Shown here one piece after another: positions 9,617-18,300 of a DNA stretch of 64,000 nucleotides. The position numbers were made by a program, and so were the translations under genes. Numbering within the stretch: the stretch's first letter is position 1; the number at the start of each line of letters is the position of its first letter. Under the pieces are notes generated by a model that was not told the DNA's origin, made no database searches, and saw only the letters and a list, made by a program, of their open reading frames with translations. The stretch is from an uncultured virus (IMG/VR IMGVR_UViG_3300025256_000001) (Duplodnaviria; Heunggongvirae; Uroviricota; Caudoviricetes): IMG/VR virus record IMGVR_UViG_3300025256_000001, one strand, 5' to 3'.

Positions 9617-12331
9617 TTAGTTTTTTGCCGATGAAGTCAGCTGTTCATTCGGGCCGCGCTGAAACACCCAGCATTTGACGGTGCGGCCCTTGGTGAGGTC
9701 GGTGTTGTCGTGAAGCCAGATGGCGCTGTTGACGGCCTTCATGTCTACGAATTTGCGCAAGCGCGACGAGCGCAAGTGCTTTTTGAGATCGGCCAGCGAG
9801 GGTACTTCCAGGCGATGCTGCGCCGCGGTTTGCTCGAAGTGATTGAGGTTGACCGCGATCTCGTGCGGGTTGCGGCTGTGGTTGAGCGTCGCCATCGCGC
9901 CGTTCCACGTATCGAGATAGTCGAAGCGCTCCCAGAAGTTCTGCACTACTTTGTGGTCGCTGCTGATGGAGGCCTGGCGCTCGACGGCCATGCCCCGCAC
10001 TTCGCGCAGTACTGCGTCCTTTTGTTCGTCCGTAAGCGTGACGACGTGCGACAGCGCATCGAACACTGCGAGCAACTGGCCGTGGTTCTTGGCGATACGT
10101 GTGGTCTTGATCTCCGGATGTTCCAACAGCGCGTGCTCGTGCTGGGGCGCATTGGCCAGGATGGTCTCCATCACCTTGGCTTCCGCGCGGGTGGCCAGCA
10201 GCAAGAAGTGGCTCACCGCATCCACCGGCGTCTGTTCCAGCTTGAGCGCCGCCGCACGCGTCTGCGCGGTATGCGCCGAGCGATCCACCGTGATATGGCA
10301 GATGCGCTGCATGATCGCCTCGCTGGCCTCCACCTTGGCGTTCTGCGAAATCACCACCGTGGCGCGGAAGGGCGGCTCGCGCGTCTCATTGCCGGAGTTC
10401 TTCACGCCCGTCGCGCGCACGCTGCGGCCGTTGTAGGCGGTCTTCAGCTCGTCCCAGTCAAAGCGCTTCTTGGCGTCGTCGTCGCGATCGCTCTCGATCA
10501 GCACCACCGGCAGGTTCGAGACCTGCGCGAAGTTGCGCGCGCGAGCCGCATGCGTGGACTTGGATGGGTCAAAGCCTTCGTAGTCGCGCCGCCCGAACAG
10601 CTTCCACATGAATTCGATCAGCGTGGACTTGCCGGCGCCGGCCTCGCCCACCAGTTCCAGGAAGGGGTAGCTCTTTTGCGCCTGGCGGATTTGCTCGGCA
10701 AACACGCTCCCGAACCAGAAAGCGAGGGCGACCAGGCCCTTGGCGCCAAAGCACTGCCACACCAGATCGAGCCACTCCGCGCGGTATTCGCGTCGGTCGC
10801 GGTTGATCGAGAGCTGCGGCGACTGGCTCAGCGTCTTGAGGTTGAGCTTGCCCAGCTCGAAGTAGTCCTCGTCGTTGAGCGTGTGCACCACGCCGTCCTT
10901 GATGGCGATGTCGCCCATGACATAGACGCTGTGCTCCTTGCTGTACCCCACGAAGTCGATCGTCTCGACCGTTTTGATGTTGAACAATTGGCGCTGGATG
11001 ATGCGATCGAGCTGCTGGCTGGTGCCGGTGAACACGGCACCGGGCGCGATGCTCAAGAGGCGCTTCTTGAACTCGCTCGCGCTGGCCAGGCTGCTGCCGG
11101 CGAAGGTGTTCTTCACCGCGCCGCCGCCATGCGGGAAGGTGACGCGGTAGTAGTACCAGGACTCGTCGGTGACGGTGTTGGCCTGGTAGTACAGCGGCTG
11201 AGGGTTGCAGTTGGCGATCTCCACGTTCTCGCAGGCTTCCACCAGCGCCTGGTCGCGGCGTTCCTGCTCGTCCTGGTCGGGGTCTTTCTCCTCCAGCTGC
11301 TGCATTGCTTTGTCCAGCGCCCGGATGTCCAGGTCGAACCAGTACAGGCGATCGGCGAAGTCGTAGAAGAACGTCGCCATGCCGGTACGGCGGTAGATCA
11401 GCCGGGCCTTGTCGGCATGGTTGCGCGCGATCAGCAGCGACCCCTGGTACCGGTATTCGTCGATATCGTTCGGCGTCAGCTTGTCGGCCAGATGCAGGTC
11501 GTTCCAGTCTTGCTTGGCCTTGGCGGTCTGCGGGATCGTGGCGGCCTCGCACTTCCAGCCGTCCTTGCGGGCGCGCTTGACCCAGCGCTGCGTGTAGTCA
11601 CGACCGGCGGCGTCGCCGTCCAAGGCCCACACCAGGGTCGGCAGGGCGCCTGCGCGCTGCGCACGCAACCTGGCCAGGAACGCGTCCGGGTAGTTGTTGC
11701 AGCTCATGGCCGACACGGCATCGATGCCGTGATGACCGAGCGCGACCGCATCGAAGATGCCTTCCACGATCCAGAGCGTGTCGAGGGTGGCCAGCTTCTC
11801 GGCCGGGACGGTCGGCGATATCCACACCTCGCCCGCGTAGCGCTTGCCTGGTGCAAAGCGCGCTTTCATCTTGCCGAAGCGGTGCGCGCGATCGATCAGG
11901 CGTTCCCAGTAGCCGCCGCCGGGCAGCGCGAAGCGCACGGTGGCCGAGGTCGCGCCGCTGTCCAGGTCCTTGAACCATTCTTGCGTGTACGTGCCTTGCA
12001 CGCGCGCCAGGTTGAAGCCGCGCGCATTCTTCAGATAGGCATCGGCCGCGGCGTGCGGGTGGTCGTCGGTCTTGCTGTAGCGTTCGGACCAGTCCTCGAA
12101 GAGATCGGGAAACAGGTCTTTCGCTGAGGCTTCGTAACCGCAGTTCTTCAAGCGACCGCAGCGAATCACCCACGGCGCGCCGGCGTTGGCGTACAGCTCC
12201 GGCTTGCCGCAATCGGGGCACTTGCCGCCGCGCAAATACTCCTTCTTGGCCTTGAAGCCGAATTGGTGAATCAGCTCGCGCGTGATATCGGCGAGCAGCT
12301 CAGTGCTCATGGCGTAGCGCGGTGCACTCAT
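9617..12331 (-). CDS. Primase-helicase replication protein (Zn finger + TOPRIM + P-loop NTPase + C-terminal putative origin-binding domain)
   Basis: CPDCGK..C..C, WIVEGIFDA, WALDGD, DWND, GEAGAGKST. Confidence 0.9.
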   Translation of the reverse strand: MSAPRYAMSTELLADITRELIHQFGFKAKKEYLRGGKCPDCGKPELYANAGAPWVIRCGRLKNCGYEASAKDLFPDLFEDWSERYSKTDDHPHAAADAYLKNARGFNLARVQGTYTQEWFKDLDSGATSATVRFALPGGGYWERLIDRAHRFGKMKARFAPGKRYAGEVWISPTVPAEKLATLDTLWIVEGIFDAVALGHHGIDAVSAMSCNNYPDAFLARLRAQRAGALPTLVWALDGDAAGRDYTQRWVKRARKDGWKCEAATIPQTAKAKQDWNDLHLADKLTPNDIDEYRYQGSLLIARNHADKARLIYRRTGMATFFYDFADRLYWFDLDIRALDKAMQQLEEKDPDQDEQERRDQALVEACENVEIANCNPQPLYYQANTVTDESWYYYRVTFPHGGGAVKNTFAGSSLASASEFKKRLLSIAPGAVFTGTSQQLDRIIQRQLFNIKTVETIDFVGYSKEHSVYVMGDIAIKDGVVHTLNDEDYFELGKLNLKTLSQSPQLSINRDRREYRAEWLDLVWQCFGAKGLVALAFWFGSVFAEQIRQAQKSYPFLELVGEAGAGKSTLIEFMWKLFGRRDYEGFDPSKSTHAARARNFAQVSNLPVVLIESDRDDDAKKRFDWDELKTAYNGRSVRATGVKNSGNETREPPFRATVVISQNAKVEASEAIMQRICHITVDRSAHTAQTRAAALKLEQTPVDAVSHFLLLATRAEAKVMETILANAPQHEHALLEHPEIKTTRIAKNHGQLLAVFDALSHVVTLTDEQKDAVLREVRGMAVERQASISSDHKVVQNFWERFDYLDTWNGAMATLNHSRNPHEIAVNLNHFEQTAAQHRLEVPSLADLKKHLRSSRLRKFVDMKAVNSAIWLHDNTDLTKGRTVKCWVFQRGPNEQLTSSAKN

Positions 12332-12603
12332 GCGCCGTCCTCGCCGGGCACTGCATCGACGTGCGGGGCTGCCAGCCAGAAGGCCGCATGCGGCCCGCAG
12401 GCCGCGCCCATGCGGCGCATCACGTCACAACCGGTGCCCAGGTAGGTGCGGTCGGCGGCGTCGCCGTCCCCGTGATCGTCCTCGTCGCACGCCGCGGGCG
12501 GTGCGCAATCCGGCGGCAGCCGGCACAGGTGGATGTCACCGCCCAGTTCCGCCGGCTGGGTGTGGAAGACACAGGTGAGGCACGAGCGTTCGGCGGGCGT
12601 CAT
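12328..12603 (-). CDS. Small Cys-rich hypothetical protein
   Basis: MTPAERSCLTCVFH..CRLP..C..MR...ACGP; ATGA overlaps on both sides. Confidence 0.6.
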   Translation of the reverse strand: MTPAERSCLTCVFHTQPAELGGDIHLCRLPPDCAPPAACDEDDHGDGDAADRTYLGTGCDVMRRMGAACGPHAAFWLAAPHVDAVPGEDGA

Positions 12604-12863
12604 GCCGCGCGCTCCTGTCGCAGGGCGACGCGCTCGGCGGCGGTGGCGGCCTGGCTCAGGCGTGCATGCACGGTGCGGAGCAGTTCGTATACGTCGCCGT
12701 GATCGATCATGCCGTGCGCAAGGGCGGCGGACAGGCCGGCCGCGGCGGCGAGCAGCGCTCCGGTGGCGGCGTGTAGATCGGCGAAGACGGCTTCGAGGCG
12801 CGGCCCGTGCGGGGCAGGTGTGACGCGCAGGCAAGCGCATGCGGCACGGTAGGGTGCAGACAT
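12600..12863 (-). CDS. Small helical hypothetical protein, first gene controlled by the C4 RNA target
   Basis: ATG 12863 directly after the b2 box/RBS. Confidence 0.6.
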   Translation of the reverse strand: MSAPYRAACACLRVTPAPHGPRLEAVFADLHAATGALLAAAAGLSAALAHGMIDHGDVYELLRTVHARLSQAATAAERVALRQERAA

Positions 12864-12911
12864 TGGGCGGTTCCTGTATCGGGTTGAGCCCGTCACCCCG
12901 CTGCTAAACAG

Positions 12912-13000
12912 GGTGACGGACGGCGCGGGGTTAGCAGACCGGAGATACAGGAACCCGGCAGGCCCGAAGGCCTCCCCGCGCCGCCCGCCATAAAGCGAAC
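12912..13000 (-). ncRNA. C4-type antisense RNA (P1 c4 / P4 CI-like); boundaries approximate
   Basis: Minus strand GGGGAGGCCTTCGGGCCTGCCGGGTTCCTGTATCTCCGGTCTGCTAACCCCGCGCCG; loop sequences complementary to targets at 12870-12909 and 13074-13098. Confidence 0.8.
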
Positions 13001-13269
13001 CGCGCTGCGCGCAAGCGTGCGCCGACTGCGGGCGATAAAAAAGCGCCGACATCAGCCGATGGGCGCGTGTGCGCCTGTATCCGTTCGGGCTGCTAAACCC
13101 GGTCACCGATTGGGCGGCGACGGCCGAAGCATCCCTCCGTGGGAGGCGAGGTGTCAACGCTTGTTCGGGTGGTGTCGTCATCATCAGGCAAGCCGTGTCC
13201 GTGCCGGCTGCACCCGGCCGCCGGCGAAGGAAAAAGAAAGGGGAAAGGGGTTAGGACGTTGCGGCTAGA

Positions 13270-13659
13270 TCAGCCGGCACGCCGTCCGCATTGCTGGGTG
13301 ATGCGAGCCGCGTCGTGGCCGGGTTCGTGCTGCATCCTGACCACCTGCAACACGTCGCTCGCCGTCAAGGCATACGCGTGCCCGGTGGTCGGATCGACCA
13401 CCCGCACCACGTAGGAGGTGCTGCGGCTGATGTCGAAGTAGGCGGGAACGTGTTTGGCTTGCAGCTCGGCCAGGGCATGCATGGCGTAGTGCTGCGCGGC
13501 TCTTTCGGTGATGCCGGCGGTGACCATCAGGTGCGCGCAGCACCGTTTGATGAGCTGTTCGCTGTCCAGATGCTCGGCCTGGTGCGCGACGATGAAGCGC
13601 GTGGCGCTGTGGATCAGCATCCCCGTGTGGGTGTGGTCGTGCGCGTGAGAGAACGCCAT
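13270..13659 (-). CDS. Hypothetical early phage protein
   Basis: MAFSHAHDH..; operon position between ogr and C4. Confidence 0.6.
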   Translation of the reverse strand: MAFSHAHDHTHTGMLIHSATRFIVAHQAEHLDSEQLIKRCCAHLMVTAGITERAAQHYAMHALAELQAKHVPAYFDISRSTSYVVRVVDPTTGHAYALTASDVLQVVRMQHEPGHDAARITQQCGRRAG

Positions 13660-13673
13660 AAGAACCCCTGCAG

Positions 13674-14003
13674 TCAGTTGAGCGCCATCGGTGCGTAGTG
13701 GGAACCTGCCGCACCGGAACACGGTGGCGCAGGGGTTGGGTCGGTGGTTGGCTGCGTCGCCGGTGCCACGACGATGTCGTTGGCGCGGCGCGCCACGATA
13801 GGCAAGGACACTAGGGCATCCGGGATCAAGCTCGGCACCAGGGTGCGAACGATCCCCAGCTGCGCCACGCAGCGGTGACTGCAATCGACATTCATGCAGT
13901 CGAAGTAGATTTCACGCACCAGGGTGCTCAGTTGCCGGGAGGTGATCGTGCGCATGCGCGCGTGGCAGTGCGGGCAGGCGATGGTGTTGCGCGGGGCTGT
14001 CAT
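13674..14003 (-). CDS. ogr: Ogr/Delta-like zinc-finger late activator
   Basis: CPHCHARMRTITSR..REIYFDCMNVDCSH. Confidence 0.9.
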   Translation of the reverse strand: MTAPRNTIACPHCHARMRTITSRQLSTLVREIYFDCMNVDCSHRCVAQLGIVRTLVPSLIPDALVSLPIVARRANDIVVAPATQPTTDPTPAPPCSGAAGSHYAPMALN

Positions 14004-14035
14004 ATCCGTTTAGTCCTCATACACCGCTTCTACGC

Positions 14036-14260
14036 TTACCTAGCGTCAAGACCACCGAGGGCGGTCCTGCATTGATGGCGATGCGCCTGGCCTTCGAGAT
14101 ACACCTGAAGGACGTAGGCCGCGTCGGTCTGGTTCTCGGCGGCATCCAGCACCTTGCAGCGCGCCAGGTGTTCGGGATCGAGACCGATCGGAATGCGCTT
14201 TCGTTTTGTCGTGCCACGCGGCGCATACATCCGCGGGCGGTAACCAGGAGAGTTCTTCAT
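14036..14260 (-). CDS. Small DNA-binding protein in the Cox/Apl position (possibly ribbon-helix-helix)
   Basis: Divergent from the repressor; basic KRKRIPIGL strand followed by two helices. Confidence 0.55.
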   Translation of the reverse strand: MKNSPGYRPRMYAPRGTTKRKRIPIGLDPEHLARCKVLDAAENQTDAAYVLQVYLEGQAHRHQCRTALGGLDAR

Positions 14261-14307
14261 GGCGATGGGGTACGATGCCGATCCGTTACACAATTCGAAC
14301 GATATTG

Positions 14308-14358
14308 CACAAAATGTGAAAACGCAAGTAATTGCGGTCGGGGATTCCACATTTTGTG
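14308..14358. promoter_or_regulatory. Putative operators of the P2-like genetic switch
   Basis: CACAAAATGTG (14308-14318) and its exact reverse complement CACATTTTGTG (14348-14358) between the divergent genes. Confidence 0.65.
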
Positions 14359-14372
14359 TCGGGGAGCGACTC

Positions 14373-14792
14373 ATGGATGTCAACGACATCATCCAGCGCA
14401 TGCGCCAGGTCTACGGGGCCAAGAACGATTCGGCGCTGGCCGCAGCCTTGAATCTGGCCGTCAGTGCACCGAGCAACTGGCGTCAGCGCAATAGCCCGCC
14501 GTTTGGGATTTGTGCGGGCATCGCCATGGAAAAAGGGGTTTCGCTCGATTGGCTGATTTTTGGGATCGGCGACATGTGGCTAGGGAGAAGGACGCAAGCA
14601 CCACACGATCCCGCCCCCACAGAAACCCCGCGTGCCGGGAGCCCGGCCGCCGACCGTCTCTCGCAATTCGTGTATTGGTGGCACGTCAGCCGTTCACAGG
14701 ATGAGATGATCTGGCTGGAGCAGCAGTTCAAACGGGCTATACCGGAGTACGGCGAATGGTTGACGACTTTGACACCTGTGACATCGAATTGA
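14373..14792 (+). CDS. Phage CI-type immunity repressor (HTH)
   Basis: IIQRMRQVYGAKNDSALAAALNLAVSAPSNWRQRNSPP..GVSLDWLIFG. Confidence 0.85.
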   Translation: MDVNDIIQRMRQVYGAKNDSALAAALNLAVSAPSNWRQRNSPPFGICAGIAMEKGVSLDWLIFGIGDMWLGRRTQAPHDPAPTETPRAGSPAADRLSQFVYWWHVSRSQDEMIWLEQQFKRAIPEYGEWLTTLTPVTSN

Positions 14793-15320
14793 GCTCGCGG
14801 CGCGGCACCGATTGAGCTGCAAGGCCAGCGCCTTTTGATTATGGCTATCTGCCCCAGGCCTGCTCCCAGATAAGATTTTACGAAAGCTGTCGTGATCAGC
14901 CCATGCAGCTATGACGCAGCATCGGAAGGGCGTGTAAGAAAACGCCGACGTGAAAAAGAGAACCTGCCTACGAGCAGAGCATTCGCATTATCACGAAATC
15001 GTCACGAACTGCTGCGCACCCTATTTGGCGAAATTGCTGTGCACGAGCAACGCTCACGCATAAGCAGTACATGCAGGTTGTACGGGTGCATGTTCAGCAC
15101 GTGCTCGTCTTAAAACAGGGGATATCCGACGGTGATGCGGCGCTTCGTGTCGACGCTTTGCGCGTGCGCCTTCGTTTCCATCTGAAGTTGGTGAGACCTC
15201 ACGGCCTGCGCATTTATGCCGATCCGGCACGCCGCCTGTGCAGTCCGCGTAGTACGCCTATCAAGTTCTGTTTGTTTGGATAAACCACTGTAGTCGAGCG
15301 GTCCACTACTACCTCAGCCC

Positions 15321-18300
15321 ATGGAGCGAGCTATGAATGGTTTTGTTTGGAAGCAGGTAAATACTTCTAGTACGTACCGCCCGCATAAATACAGCTTTTC
15401 AATCGCACGCCTGCTTGCGGCGCTAGCAGTTAGCTTGTGCCTCCAACCTGCGTTCGCAGACGGAGTCCCTCTCCGGCCCGGAGAAGTTTTTGTCACCACG
15501 TTCACAGGTGCGGGCTCTACCTGGGGTCATCACGTCAAGCACTTCAGCCCCAACGGCGTGTTGCTGGACAACTTCAACTTTGGCACCAATAACGCCTATT
15601 TTGGATCTCTGAGCGTAGATGCATCCAACAATCTCTACATTCCGACTGATGGCACATACGACGAGGCCATCCATACCATCAGTAACAGCGGTGTCATGGG
15701 CCTATTTGGCGGTGGATACGCCTTTCCCACGTCGGTGGCATTTGATAACAACGGCAATGTCTATGTCGGACAAAACCCTTCCTCGAACAACAGTCCGGGT
15801 GCGATTCTAAAGTTTGACGGCAACGGCAATCTTCTTACTAGTTATTCCATACCTGTCGACCCAAGTACGGGTGATGCGATCGACCACATGGCGTTAGCCA
15901 ACGATCACTGCACGATGCGCTACACCACCGGGGGCGACAGCATTCACCAGTTCAACATCTGCACCAATACGCAATTATCCGATTTCGTGTCATCGCTCTC
16001 TGACCCTTTCGGCGGTACAGAGGTTTTATATGATGTTCGTCAGCTCCCCAACGACAATCTGCTGGTGGCTAGCTGGGATTACGTTTTTCTATTGAGTAGC
16101 TCGGGCGGTGTTCTTAATCAATATGAATTTAACGATGGTCCGTACTATGCATCACTCGGTTCCGTCTACCCCGATCCAGACAACCATACCCTTTGGATGG
16201 CCGATTCGAACAGCGGTAATGTTTTTCGCGTCAATATGCAAACCGGGGCCATCGTGTCGTCCTTCAGCGCGTATGACCCCGGGCACACTTCAACCACCGC
16301 GGAAAGCATCGGCTATTTGGCAGTTGTCCCGGGCAATCCAAACGGAAAGGAGCTTGGCAAGTCGTGCAACTGCATTGGCGATCCCATCAATTCCGCAACA
16401 GGGAACGAGTACAAGGATGACGAAGACATCTCGCTGGGCGCTTTAAGCTTCCATCGCTATTACAACAGCCAGACGTCTGTCGCCCCGGCGCACATGGGTA
16501 CAAATTGGCGTCACACCTTCGATCGGAGCATTGAGTACGTACCAAGTATTGGGCTGACCGTCGCCACGGCATTTCGGCCGGACGGGCGAGAACTCAACTT
16601 TACGTTGACCTCAGGCCAGTGGGTTGCGGATCCCGATGTTGCCGATCGTCTTACCCCTCAGACAGATACTTCCGGCGCGCTCACAGGGTGGACGTATTTC
16701 GATTCCACTACGCGTTACCAGGAAAGTTACGATAAAAATGGAAATCTACTTTCCATCACCGACACGGACGGTTTGGTCACCACACTGGCGTATAGCACCA
16801 GCTCCACACCTAGTAGCGTTGCGCCTGCGGCGGGTTTGCTGCTTACGGTGACCGATCCTCGAGGCCGGGCGCTGAATTTCACCTACAACAGCAATGCAAC
16901 GGTGGCCGCCATCTCGGAACCCGATGGAGGTTCGGTGACCTATGGCTACGACGGAAACAGGAATTTGACCTCTGTCACGTATCCAGACAAGTCATCACGC
17001 CAGTATGTGTACAACGAAAGCACACTGACCAGTGGTGCCAACCTTCCTGCTGCACTGACAGGCGACATTGACGAGACCAGCATCCGCTTCACTAGCATCA
17101 GCTACAACACTCAAGGCAAGGCTACGATGTCCATGCTGGCATCCAACATCGCAGAGACCCAGGTGGCTTACAACGCGGATGGTACATCTACGGTGACCTA
17201 TCCGACCGGTTCGCAGTCAACACTGACCTTCAACCAGCAATTCGGCTCCTTCCAGCGCGCTACCGCGAGTGCACCGTGCGGCGTGCAATGCGATCAGCCG
17301 TATGCGTCGAGCACCTACGACGCTAATGGTTACCTCGCCTCGGCCACGGACTTCAATGGCAACGTTACTGTCACCACCTATGATACGAATGGTTTGCTCG
17401 ATCAGCAGGTCGAGGCTTCCGGTACACGGAATCAACGAGCCACTAACTTCACTTGGAACACCACGCTACGTGTACCTTTGACACGTACTATCGTGGACGC
17501 GTCTGGCAACACTGTTGGTTCCACGCAATGGATCTACAATGGCATCGGACAGGTTTTGGCTCGTTGCGATATCGACCCAGGCAACAGCGCAGCCTCGAGA
17601 TATGCGTGCAGCACCAGCGGTAGCGTGCCGAGCGGAGTACGTCGCTCCACCTATACCTACTGCACCGTCGTCGACACCACGCAGTGTCCTTTCGTCGGAT
17701 TGACGCTGACTATCACTGGGCCACGAACCGACGTTACGCAAACGACCACGTATACCTATTACCTGACGAGTAGCGCGACGAACTGTGGCACGCCGGGCGC
17801 GGCCTGCTATCAAGTCGGTGACATTCACACTATTACCGATGCGGCGGGTCACGTTACGACCATCGCCTCCTATGACGCCGATGGCCGCGTCACGCGCACT
17901 ACGGACGCGAATGGGATCAATACGGATATGTCCTATACGGCGCGCGGTTGGCTTGCGTCCAGCATAGTAGGGGGTGCTACTACGAGCTTCACTTATACGC
18001 CCTATGGGGCCGTGCAAACTGTCACGGATCCTGATGGGGTTGTCACGACGTATGGTTACGATGCAGCTCATCGCTTGGTGAAGATCACTGATGCACAGGG
18101 CAATTATGTGCAATACACACTGGATGCGGCGGGCAACAAAACGGCCGAAAAGACCTACGACAGCAGCGGGACGCTCCATAAAAGCTTGAGTCGCAATTTC
18201 AATACTCTTGGCCAGCTCACCAAGGTCATGGACGGCCTCAACCACACGACGTTCGACGCCAGCGCTAGCGGTAACTACGACGCCAACGGCAATCTCGTGC

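Noticed and set aside
9710..12127. 805-aa plus-strand ORF
   Set aside because: Antisense shadow of the GC-rich primase-helicase; no motifs. The same applies to 25310-26860, 30178-31761 and 41307-42977.
12863..13184. Ash-like N-terminal extension of the 12600 ORF as a real protein
   Set aside because: The conservation is better explained by the C4 RNA and its targets; not fully excluded
14800..15320. Short ORFs between the repressor and rhs
   Set aside because: No RBS or motif support; treated as intergenic
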